Assembly: GCA_030141605.1 (NCBI GenBank) | Contig: JAQGDQ010000279.1 | Coordinates: 240,014 to 304,013, forward strand | Length of the DNA: 64,000 nt | Direction of reading: 5' to 3' | DNA from: Tubiluchus corallicola | Lineage: Eukaryota > Animalia > Priapulida | In this document: one piece after another, positions 52,554 through 64,000 of the stretch | How positions within the stretch are numbered: the stretch's first letter is position 1 | How the letters are laid out: the number at the start of each line of letters is the position of its first letter | Position numbers and translations under genes: made by a program | Notes under the pieces: generated by a model | The model's database searches: none | The model's input: the letters and a program-made list of their open reading frames with translations, nothing else | What the model was told of the DNA's origin: nothing

Positions 52554-53401
52554 GTCATGCTTAACAAAGTAATTGAACAGCCTATTTTCCTGATTATGTA
52601 ACTGTGTAAGCTGTAATTCATTACATTACTCACAGCGTCAATAAAGTCAAGGACATTGCATGCTACTTGGGAATCGTAGTACCAACAATCATAGAATAAA
52701 AAAACATAACAATTAAATCATTAATTGCAAATTAGTAGTAAACCAAAATAAAGCAATGTATATTGCATAGATAAATATAAGACTAGTATCACTGGAATAG
52801 CAACACCCGTGCAGTTGAATAAATTCGGCTAAAATTCAAATGTAAAAGCTTCCAGTACAATGACCCCAAACTGTGTAATAATACAGTCAAACCTCGTTAT
52901 AAATACAAATGTCAAGCTTACTTTTAATGCCCGGGCTTTTGGCAAAACAAATTTTAGCAGCAAATGTCAGCATAGGTATTCAATCATTTCAACAGTTCAT
53001 TAGGCCTAGCTACGTTAAGTTGGAAAAATTCAGAAAATGTAGAGACAGCCAACCTAGTTTTCCATTCTAATCTGAATCAACAAGATATTTAATGCAAGAG
53101 TGTGGACATGCAAATAAAACAATAACAGTAATGCAAACTGTGAAGCATGACATAGTATTAGTATCCGACTTAATTTAATAAAGTGACAGTTGTTTGACAG
53201 TGTCCTGAACAGAATGCTTACAGTAATGTCGTCATATAATTTAATTATGTGAAAATTTTAGGACTGGATTCTCGTGGGGAATAAAGTTTTCATCTGAAGT
53301 AGATTTGAGATGCAAATCTCATCTCTCGGATCCTTACTTTTAGACTTGCAAATTTTTACTGAGTGCTGTATAATTCACAATAATAGTCTATTTAAAATAA
53401 T

Positions 53402-53674
53402 TAAGGGGTGAGCATCAAATGTTCTAATTCGATACGAACGAACTTTTTTAGCTAGAATTTAAATCAAACCTAAAATTATGGATACATAAAATTATTGGAC
53501 AAAATTTTTAAACAAATTATTAGTGTTTTTATCTGTCTGAGACCGCTTTTTATTAGGACCTAGTGATTCAATAATCTTTAAAACTGAATTCAGATTCGAA
53601 ATTCGGTATTCATTTGAGTTCAAAAGTCGCACATTCGATTCGAATTCACTTTTGGTAGAGAATTCTCACCCTTA
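53402..53674. mobile_element. hAT-like MITE with ATTCG subrepeats, downstream of the CLPTM1L stop
   Basis: Ends TAAGGGGTGAG and CTCACCCTTA; multiple ATTCGA motifs. Confidence 0.5.
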
Positions 53675-54008
53675 ACAACTCTAGCTAAATAAAAAATTGA
53701 GCCCCTTTTTCAATTATACAGCTCTAAATAAAGAAAGGCAACTGAAGGCACATGCCAATGATATTATTGAAAATGATAAAAGATGCAGCTTAGACCTAAA
53801 TAAGTAAATAAACAAATAGTTTTTTAGGAAACAATTTTATCGATGTACAGCATAATGCTGGTTTCAGTCCACGCATAGACAGTTACCAATAATGGTAGAT
53901 AAAACATGCTGCACCAAGAAGCAAACATCTCAGTTTACCTGAGAAACCTACTTCCTCACTAAACACTGAACAGATAACAACTATTAACAACAAGAATGCA
54001 AGTCCTAT

Positions 54009-55631
54009 CTACTCTGATTTTGGTTTTGTACTCACATCATTAGAATCTATTTCATGTTCGTATGATCTGCCATATTCATTTACTCTAGTTTTATCAACTG
54101 GGTATAGCCACCTCTGATACAAATAGACCAAGAATACAGCATCGTCTCTGAAACAGGCGACTCTGTGAGCCGTTGGCATGGTAATAATGAAAGCGAAAAT
54201 GTCATCGATAAATGTATTAAATGCTTTGTACATAAATGCTCGCCAGGGCAAATGCGCCACTGACTTAAGTTTATAATTGAGGAAAAGCTGAGGCAGCATG
54301 AACAGAAACCCAAATGCGTACACAAAATTCACCAAACATTTAACACACCAGGAGTACCAACTTTTATGAGGTACATAGAAGAGAGAATACACAGCGCCTC
54401 CCAAGCACAGAGGGTACAAAATGTACGAAAGGTACCGCATGGCCTCTGAATCATATGCTTCAGTTTGCTTCTCAGATTTGCTACTGCGCTCAAGGTAGAA
54501 TCTTGGTAAATACCCCACCCACTGAACTCTAAGTTTTAGTGCCTTCTTCACTTTCCAAAATTCTATTATAGTAGCAATACCTGCTGGATACAGAACTAGT
54601 TTGCTGGTTTCCTCATCTAATAGGTATAAGAATACTACAGTCTGGCTTACGCATCTCCATATGACTGTCCTAAGCGACAGACCGACCATAGAATCACGTG
54701 ACCGCCAGAAAGATATGTCATTTTTGAAAGCCAAGAAGTCAAAAAGCAGATGAAGCACTGACACTACAAATGTAAGCATCAGGAAGAAAAAATTCGTATC
54801 CGCAAATATTCCTTTCACTTCGTCTGTGTCCTTTTCCTTGAACCCGAGTGATTCCATCAACTTCAGCGACTCCTCTATTTGTACCCAAAGTCGCAGGTGA
54901 CCTATTGAAATTGGTGAGTAAATGACAGTAAGAGGCAGAGTCTGTGCTGTCTCGTTGATTCGCTGGAAGTCACGAATTCGGCTGGAAACATCGTCGATGA
55001 ACAGCAGCGGCAAATAATCACCCTCTGGTGATAATTTAGCAAAGCGAATCAGCTCTGGTGGAAAAGAAGTCCTATCAAACGCTATGAAATCTTTCACAAC
55101 ATTGATTTTTAGGTGTGATCGCCAATGCGACACTGGTGTTGCTTGATGACGTGGTTTGCTGTCACTTTGCTTAGTACTGCCATCATTAATGAGGCTGAAT
55201 GTTTCCGCTTCAGGAATCAAATATGAGGTCAAATGGCTTTGCTGATGAGAAACATATCGACTTCTAAAAGGTTCCTCATATCTAGGCAACAAAAACACGT
55301 GCACATACAATGTACCATTTTGCTTAGTTTTTAAAGGCACTTCCACGTCGAGTTGCAACTCCGATGGAACATCCACGCTGAAATTATCGTATTTCAAAAC
55401 TAGCTTTAAAGAGCTGGAATCTGACACTTTCAGTTTAGATGACGTATACACCAACAGATGCAGCTGTGGATTGCGAGAAAGATATGGTTTAATACAAGTA
55501 GGTTTCAAAGTGCAGGTTTTTGGATAAAAAAGGTGGTACATGGTCCAAGCTGTATGACCCACATAAGCGACAAAAATTCCTGTAACAAGTATTGCTAACG
55601 AAGGTCGCTTCATTTTGCACTGTTTATACAT
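54009..55631 (-). CDS. CLPTM1L: Lipid scramblase CLPTM1L (cleft lip and palate transmembrane protein 1-like), single-exon CDS; the start may be the second Met at 55613
   Basis: 540-aa ORF with CLPTM1L-type N-terminus (GIFVAYVGHTAWTMY, CIKPYL) and family motifs DEVKGIFADTN, FDFLAFKNDISFW, PQLFLNYKLKSVAHLPW, YKAFNTFIDD, YQRWLYPVDKTRVNEYG. Confidence 0.96.
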   Translation of the reverse strand: MYKQCKMKRPSLAILVTGIFVAYVGHTAWTMYHLFYPKTCTLKPTCIKPYLSRNPQLHLLVYTSSKLKVSDSSSLKLVLKYDNFSVDVPSELQLDVEVPLKTKQNGTLYVHVFLLPRYEEPFRSRYVSHQQSHLTSYLIPEAETFSLINDGSTKQSDSKPRHQATPVSHWRSHLKINVVKDFIAFDRTSFPPELIRFAKLSPEGDYLPLLFIDDVSSRIRDFQRINETAQTLPLTVIYSPISIGHLRLWVQIEESLKLMESLGFKEKDTDEVKGIFADTNFFFLMLTFVVSVLHLLFDFLAFKNDISFWRSRDSMVGLSLRTVIWRCVSQTVVFLYLLDEETSKLVLYPAGIATIIEFWKVKKALKLRVQWVGYLPRFYLERSSKSEKQTEAYDSEAMRYLSYILYPLCLGGAVYSLFYVPHKSWYSWCVKCLVNFVYAFGFLFMLPQLFLNYKLKSVAHLPWRAFMYKAFNTFIDDIFAFIITMPTAHRVACFRDDAVFLVYLYQRWLYPVDKTRVNEYGRSYEHEIDSNDVSTKPKSE

Positions 55632-57575
55632 CCATCAGAAAAACCTGCAATACACAAACAATTGAATAAAATAGCCAGCATGTTAAAACTATGTGATAAT
55701 GATAAATGCTCTAATTGAGCTGCCATATGTGAACCATTTTCGAAAATGCAGCAACTGGTTTTGTCATGGCTTAAATTACGATTATAGTAACGCCCACTAT
55801 AACTGCTGACCACAGTCTGTCGTGATTATGGTTTTATGTAAAAACTAAAGCTCCTGAAATGTGCAAATGATTTCTTACGGGGATCTCAGATCTATAATAA
55901 AGGACATGCAATAATGAAGCTAACAATGACGGTTCATATACTGGCCATAACCTGTACAATAGTTACTAAAAAGAAACTGGGTGATTTTGAATTTTATTAC
56001 TTTAGCCATTGTGAAGCACCAGTTGTTAATTAAAACAAAAGATCTTAATGCTGGTGAAGTAACCAAACCCTCACACAATTTGGTAAACTACTCCAGATAT
56101 AAAAACATATTGAGAAAAATGTACTCTTGTAAGGTAGTATTGTAGGTAAAAGCAATTTATAGCAACTGCATCAAGTGACAGCTGCACTGAGTGCATGTGA
56201 TGAAGGCCACTACAAAAACAGGCTACTAACAACAAGTTTTTCTCTGCGCCTCTAAGTATAGGGAACATGAGGTGTTGGTAGTTTAGACTTTGCTCACTAA
56301 AAATTATAATGTCTCTAGTGATGAAGTGATTACAATTCTACATCTTTTCTTAATGAACTATGAATGTTATTTCACACAACAACAAATACAGTATCAAAGA
56401 CATCAATAAATTTAAAATAAAATAATTTGAGTAGTACGAGGTGAATGTACGACCATATGGTCATTACCACACTCACCTTACTTAAATGAAAAAAATGATT
56501 ATAATTATGAATGCGTCTGTACATAACTTAATAATGTAAGTAAGGATGATGTAAATAATGTAATAATAGCAATGGTATAAAAGCAATAAAACTGAAAATT
56601 GAGAAAGGAAAACATAATATGATTGACATAATTAACATTGACATGATTAACATGATGTTAGACGTAATATTAATTACGACATTGAGTGAGCTTTTAAGAG
56701 TGAAAATTTTAAATAGTCATGACTTTGAATTATCGGATTATCTGTCAACGCAGCAACAAGCAGTGATTCAATTCAATTTCAATTTAATTTTAATTTATTT
56801 ATCTCTTTATAATACAATAAAACATGATTAGTAAAAGAATCGCTAATAAGTTTTGAAGAATGGTTAAAATGAATAGATAGATCTAGAACTAGAGAAAGGA
56901 TAGCGAAAAGACTATAAAGTCACCCAGTCTGCTATCCTTTGCCGAATATAGATAAAATGATTTTTAGACACTGGTGGGCATTAATGTTATCAGTTTAATT
57001 TAGGAAACATTAATAATTTTAAAATTATGACATTTGCTATATTAAGTATCCAGAGTAAAGAAAATACATGTACTTTAATTAGTGGGCAACAATCTTGATT
57101 AAACTAAAAATAGCATTTAGATTTTATGTGAAACACAGGTCAAAATTGTTATGAAATGATAAAAACACTTTGGGTTAATAATGCAATTAATCAACAACAG
57201 GAGCTAAATACGTTTTGATTTCAGTTCAATTTCATTATTTCTAGGGTTATTGATTAAGAATAAATCTACTGACTTGGACAATAATACTAAATAATATAAT
57301 TCTCAATATATTGATAAGACAAAAATTTAGCTATATAGGTTTTTTAGTAATGTTATAAAGGAGAGGTAAGTAAGACTTGTGCAATCTGTGAACAACACCT
57401 GAAACTTTACTCATAAAATAGTACTGCATAAAATAATATGACTTTAATAATTACTCTGCTGTAAAGAAGAGAAGAAAGACAGAGTATTTCCTGATATTTA
57501 GGATAATATCTGTAATGGCCTGTGGATTAACTAATTTGTAGAATTATAAGTAACACCATTCAAAGTACGAATCGG

Positions 57576-58638
57576 CAGTGGCGTCGTGCCATAGGGGCCC
57601 GGCCCCCCCCCCCCCCAATTTTTTAGAAAATGTGAAAGAGAGAAACATCAGAACTCGACGGCAAACGGTAAACAAATTTATTTCCGACTTTTTGACACAC
57701 AATAGCGGGCCCAGCGCTCCATAAATGCGAACAGTATGAGCGTTTCGGTACAGTAGCACAATAATATTTTTTATCATTAAAGTTTGTCGCCGAGTTAAAT
57801 TATTCTGACTGTTAATACGTGCCTGACCAGATGTGTTTACCTGAAAGTCAGGATGTAGTTAATTTGTTTGCATGTAATCTATTCAGGAGGCAGGCAGGAA
57901 CAGTTAACAATGCAGCTCGTTGAGTATCATTAGCGTCTTTGCACAAAAGACTGTTAGTTAACAAAACTCAGTTAGCACTCGAGCTTCGTTCAGCAGTGAA
58001 ATAATAGAGCAAAAACAATGCAAACATTGAAATCATGTTGAGCTAGCCTAGTACCAGAGAGTCAGTTTATCGAGCTAGCTTAGTACCAGAGAGTCCGTTT
58101 GGGAGATACAAATTGATGAGCCACCTCCTGATTGGACATTACCGACTCTTTGCTACTCCTTAGCGACTCTTTCCCATGAGTTTGCTGCATAAAAGGGCGT
58201 GATTTTGAGCACATTTCATCATTTTTCTCCTGCTAGGAGAATCTCTGCTAGTTTTCGCTGCGATTTTAGCTGCTTATTTGCTCATTTATTGCACTGTTGT
58301 TTCATCTTGTTGACAAACAGGAATTTTCACGTGATTCTATATTTCTTACACGATGTCAAGGCAGTCCAATCTGACTTCATTTTTCAAGTCCAACCGTGTT
58401 CCCGACCCAGGTTCTACGGCTAATAAATACTTCATTAAATTTTAATTTAACTTTTAATTTTAATTAAGTTTCCGTTGCTATAGCTTTAAGTTAAATGCCA
58501 GTTGGGAATAAATAAATTGTTTTTCTTGCACGCAAAATACTGTGTGGGAATTCAAAATTATACGTTTTTTAAACAGTTAAGTTCCGCCATTATATACAGT
58601 CGGGCCCCATCAATTTTTTTTGGTGCACGACGCCCCTG
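57576..58638. mobile_element. hAT-like non-autonomous element, 1063 bp
   Basis: TIR CAGTGGCGTCGTGC / GCACGACGCCCCTG; perfect 8-bp TSD CGAATCGG; subterminal GGGCCC motifs. Confidence 0.85.
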
Positions 58639-58799
58639 CGAATCGGTAGCTCGTTATTCAATAATTGAGAAAAAAATTAATTGAGTATTAGAGTACATTT
58701 TCTGAGCCACAGACTCATGCCATGCTGTAGTATTTTCAGTTTTATGAATATTAATGTAGTTAGGATTATTAAGTTAGGTAACGAAAACAGAATATAGTT

Positions 58800-59124
58800 G
58801 AGTAAGAGCTTAACATTAATCAGTGTAAGTTAATAGCAATTTCTTTTAAGTTTAGAGATCAAGATATAGATACTGTTAGAATCTTAATATTACTGTTCAA
58901 ACAATTCGAGAATTTAACAGCTTGATATTTGATAGTACTTAATCCACGAGTGGTACAGAATCTGGGCGTAAAATATAGACCACGAGTGGCAGATCTAGTT
59001 TCGTAGCTATGGATTTCAGATATGGTAGTAAAATAGTTAGAGAATAGTTCAGGTAACTTCTCATTTACAAAACGATACATGAATTTACACGTAATAACTA
59101 CATATAAGATAATGTAATACTATA
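58800..59124 (-). mobile_element. LINE (CR1/L2/Jockey-group) ORF2 C-terminal remnant
   Basis: CKFMYRFVNEKLPELFSNYF...HSYETRS...YFTPRFCTTRG...IKYQAVK..N.L...IK fits the post-RT C-terminal pattern. Confidence 0.75.
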
Positions 59125-59132
59125 AAACAGTA

Positions 59133-59884
59133 GGCGCTATTACACTTTCGCACCGCCTAGCTTTTCCTGGCCTATTGGTTTTTTTCACGCCTGCAGGCCA
59201 GAACGCAGACCAACAGGCGTAATATACACCATATTCCCATAATATTATTGCTTTGTACGCTTTATAAGCCCGGATTAAAATCAGATTAAAATCATGCATT
59301 ACTTACCCACCGCCGCCATTAAAAGCTGCACGTGAATAACCCTGTTTACACCACTAATGCGCAATCGCTCTCGCGCAGTGACGTATGTGACCCTTAACCT
59401 GTATTTTTAGTTTCTTCGCATAATTTATGATTATTAGGGTTGCAGCTACGGGAGTTTGTATCGTATCGGGGGAAATTATTTTAGACCACTGCAGTTATTT
59501 ATCATTAATTTTATTTATTACTGTAGTACTAGTATTATTACTATTAGATTATAAAAAAAGTAAAGGTTTTTTCTTTATTTCGTAAATGCGGTGAAGATGA
59601 AAGTGTGTCACGTGCTTTTAAGCTAGGCCCTGATAATGCATAAACTAGTACGAAATTCGTCACGTGACTACACACACAAACAAGATGGCGATACGCCCTG
59701 TATAGGTGTAGAACTGTGAATACAGCGTAATTATTGGTAATTATACCTAAATATATGATTAAATTATAATTAGATTAGCGGAAACATTCACTGATGACGT
59801 AAGAATAATAGAATGCTGACGTACGAGCCTAAAAACGAGTAATAACCTAGAAAAAGCTAGGCGGTGCGAAAGTGTAATAGCGCC
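59133..59884. mobile_element. Merlin-like non-autonomous DNA transposon (MITE), 752 bp
   Basis: Perfect ~33-bp TIR GGCGCTATTACACTTTCGCACCGCCTAGCTTTT; perfect 8-bp TSD AAACAGTA; GGNRM terminus as in Merlin/IS1016. Confidence 0.85.
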
Positions 59885-59996
59885 AAACAGTATATTGTTA
59901 ATTGCACAGAAGAGTATCATAATGATTCTTTAAAGCTGTCAGTTAGTATGGGCAATTTCTAATATTCCAAATCGATATACAGAGTAGATACATATT

Positions 59997-60010
59997 CGCA
60001 CGCACGCACG

Positions 60011-60075
<65 letters not shown>
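59997..60075. repeat. (CGCA)n(CG)n(CA)n microsatellite
   Basis: Read directly from the sequence. Confidence 0.95.
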
Positions 60076-60080
<5 letters not shown>

Positions 60081-61471
60081 CTCATACATACGCATATATA
60101 ATTACATACATAATCATGTATAAACCCATACACATACAGAGTGTAAGTCACTAATAAATTAAATACACACATTATATAGTTATACACACACACACATATA
60201 TATATATACATGCATACGTATATATGTACATCTTGTCTACGTACATAATTAAATTTTAAAAAGCTATGCCAAAAAGTGCACAACTACGTGTCGACGTGCC
60301 GCTACCGCTAGGATGCTTGTTGTTAGCTGCGTGGCGCCCTCTTACAACATAGGCACAAACTATTTCCCCCGAACTTGAAAAAAATTTGGATATGTTGGGA
60401 GCAGAGTAGGACATTAGCCAAAGTAGGACAATTCGCGTACATGGACTAGCCCAAGTAGGGCGCGTTGTCATTGGCTGGCCCAATAGGACGCGTCGCACGT
60501 GGGCTGCCCGAGTAGGACACTAGAGACTGGTCACGAACTGAGTCGTTAACCATAATGGCAGCGTCCGTTGCCCTTGTTTATTTAATAGTAGTAATTTAAA
60601 ACGTCAATACACGTTGAATAATTTATTATACATCTGATAAAATTAACTGATGTAGTAAAAAGGCCGATAGCAAATTTGGCTTCGATATTAATCTTTTTAT
60701 AAAAGAATCTTATTCTGAGCTAGTAGAACGGCCACTATTAAATTTGGCTTCGATATTAATCTTTTCGAAGTGAAATAAGCCCGTTTTTAAGCGATCCCAA
60801 CATCTGATTAACGTATACCTTTTTTTATTTTGTCTCGCTTCACAGACAGGTGATCCGTTTCCCTAGCTCTTGGACAAATAATTGTTTTCTACTAAGTAAA
60901 AGTTTCATTTTTAAACTTGCAATTATCGCATTAGATACTTAGTTTAATGATATTTATGGTATTAATGGAGTTAATTAAATAATGATGATATTATTGTAAA
61001 ACATACAATTTTGTAAATTGTCAAGGACTATCCAACATTATTAGCGTACTCCGCGCCCTACAGGAGGCCCGTCAGGATTCGAGATATAATGCCTTCAAGA
61101 GACGAATATTGACAGATAACTCGCAAGACGGTGATCAAAAAAAGCAACGTAGAAATAAACAAAACTGTGCTGTACCGATTTGAAAAGATCGTTCACAAAA
61201 TCAATAAAACTCTACATCGCAATCATTAGTAAAGTTTTCGAACTCTTGGGTTTCCCCGATTGAGTTTTTCGATGAATCACACGCGCATGGCGCACGTGAT
61301 TGTGCATTGCATCATTACATAACAGCAACATAACCTGACGAACATTGAACTTGTTAGTTTCTGTTTCGTTTCGAGCTAAAATTGTCTGCTGTGGGTAACA
61401 AGTCAAACCTGGTCGGGATCTGCCTGTTTTGTGAGTATTAATTATAAGTATCTATTAATATTCTTGGTATG

Positions 61472-61472
<1 letters not shown>

Positions 61473-61530
<58 letters not shown>
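61473..61530. repeat. (TA)n microsatellite
   Basis: Read directly from the sequence. Confidence 0.95.
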
Positions 61531-61532
<2 letters not shown>

Positions 61533-61831
61533 ATTCGAGGCTACAGCTTCGACGACGGCACCATTTGCAGCGATCTTCTTATATTAATTTAACTTAACTT
61601 TGGGGCAACTACTAACACGGAGCGTAATTACAGTGCTAGTCATTTACTAAATTCAAGTACTTTTATACATGCTACAGTATAAATACATGCTGTTTTGTGC
61701 ATTCCTCAACAATGGAAGTTGGAACTTAGTTTTTGCTTAATTTTACGGGTAAATTAAAATCGAGTTTGAATTTGAAACTGATGAAACACTTACGTGTTTG
61801 AAACTGATAAAACTTGTGTGTTTTGTTTTTG

Positions 61832-62152
<321 letters not shown>

Positions 62153-63144
62153 GTAGGGTTACCATATTGTCTGAGTTGAAAAAGAGGACACTTTTTCGCA
62201 CACTTGTAAGTAGGCCAAAATGACCAGTCTAGGGTCTATTAAAACAATGCAAAATAAAATGCAAATTATACAAATAGGCCTACATGTATTCTAATAACAA
62301 TAATGGCTACAATGCAAAAAACATTAACACACTGCAACTGTCAGTCGCCTGATTCTTCTTGGCTCAATTGCAAAACAGCAAAACTATACAAATTTAAAGA
62401 AATTCACGTAAAAACAAACAAAATGGCTCCCAGAAGCTGACGTCATTTTAAGTCGTTGGCGAATACGCCGAGTATCGACAGCGGTGCGAGTCGTGTGACC
62501 CATAGTGATGTGCGTATCGCTTACTTTTTTTCAGTAAATATGTACACAAAGCTTTTACAAGGGTTGCATTTTGAGATGTTACCAACATCTTGTATTGAAA
62601 ATTAACGAGCTTTTCTTTGTCTCGTACTGCCGTACGCCTCTGCAGTTGGCAATGTCCGTACATACTTACGGATTGAGGCAAAACCCGGACAAACCCCCGA
62701 TGATGATATATGAAGCACACAAAGAATATGTTACCCTGCTTTTTATATTTAAATACATGAACAACATCAGCAAACCATTCCAGAATAGCAGAATTACCTT
62801 TTTTCCAAATCCTATTATCTATATATATATATGCGTGTGTGTGTAAAGTTTTTATCAGAAATCATCGATGTATTTTAATGGCAAATAAAGCTTATTATGA
62901 GTGTGTGTGTGTGTGTGCGCGCGTGCGTGTGTGTGGGTGCGTGTGTGTGATATTACAATAGCTGCTGAAGTTTTTTAAGCATATAACGTAAATGTAATGG
63001 ATGCATGCTATCAGGGTTGCCAGACGTTCCATATTTGATAAATTTGTCACAAATGCGCTGACCCTATATATATATATATGTAAAGAGAGAGAGAGACAGA
63101 GATTTTAAGAGTGTCCCGCATTTGGAATTTTCTATTCTGGCTAG

Positions 63145-63155
63145 ACAAACACACA

Positions 63156-63215
<60 letters not shown>
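63145..63215. repeat. (CA)n microsatellite
   Basis: Read directly from the sequence. Confidence 0.95.
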
Positions 63216-63216
<1 letters not shown>

Positions 63217-63501
63217 TATATAAATTTCTACATTCCTACACACCTAGACCAACATATCACAAAAGTAGAGACAAGTTAAAAATATAAAGCAAGTTACAGA
63301 CTGACAGCAAACAAATCAGTTTTGTGTAAATACAGGCTTGTGAACTATCTATCTGCTCCCAGATAACCGTATAAATCAAACGTTTCATTTGCACAGTATT
63401 AGCTCGTTTATAAGTACCGTGGAACCGTATCACCCCCTATTTGCACTCATTATTATTGATAATATTCAATATAATAAGTCTTTTTTCTTTAGTTCTTTTT
63501 T

Positions 63502-63859
63502 ATACTTGTACGGAACCAGAGGGCGTGAGGGTAGTACTGTTTGCTTCACAGCCCAGCACAGTGGTGTGTTTCTTCATACTTGTACGGAACCAGAGGGCGT
63601 GAGGGTAGTACTGTTTGCTTCACAGTCCAGCACAGTGGTGTGTATCTTTATACTTGTACGGAACCAGAGGGCGTGAGGGTAGTACTGTTTGCTTCACAGC
63701 CCAGCACAGTGGTGTGTTTCTTCATACTTGTACGGAACCAGAGGGCGTCAGGGTAGTACTGTTTGCTTCACAGCCCAGCACAGTGGTGTGTTTCTTCATA
63801 CTTGTACGGAACCAGAGGGCGTCAGGGTAGTACTGTTTGCTTCACAGCCCAGCACAGTG
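63502..63859. repeat. Minisatellite, 74-bp unit, ~4.8 near-identical copies
   Basis: ATACTTGTACGGAACCAGAGGGCGT...CAGCACAGTGGTGTG; the ORF track repeats at 74-nt offsets. Confidence 0.95.
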
Positions 63860-64000
63860 CGCACACAGCTCAAGCACTGCTAAAGGCAAATGCGTCAGTG
63901 CAATCTAAACTACTGTGCAGTAATGGAAAGTAACGACGAATAAAATCAAACATATTTACAACTATGCACAAAAAATGAAGAAATTATGATTTTATTAATA

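Noticed and set aside
63502-63859. CRISPR-like regular repeats (also 21035-21880)
   Set aside because: The units are contiguous with no unique spacers, there are no cas genes, and the context is eukaryotic.

Overview
AT-rich, intron- and repeat-rich animal genomic DNA (probably an invertebrate; the taxon cannot be fixed from this window). The + strand carries a complete ARHGAP32/33 (PX-RICS/CdGAPr-type) gene: 17 phase-consistent GT-AG coding exons from 28001 to 51174 give about 2368 aa, with PX, SH3 and RhoGAP domains, a 4.87-kb exon encoding a low-complexity tail, and several candidate alternative first exons at 9-23 kb. Convergent with it on the - strand is a CLPTM1L gene with an uninterrupted CDS (55631-54009), suggesting a retrogene; the two genes may share a palindromic poly(A) signal at ~52545. 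The rest holds non-autonomous DNA transposons (Merlin-, hAT-, piggyBac-, Kolobok-, Harbinger- and foldback-like), LINE/SINE remnants, minisatellites and microsatellites. The most unusual element is a ~218-nt non-coding insert (11846-12063) with a 7-bp direct repeat on each side; on the - strand it can fold into a nested pseudoknot plus hairpins and is a candidate mobile ribozyme-like RNA. All structures and alignments were done by eye.
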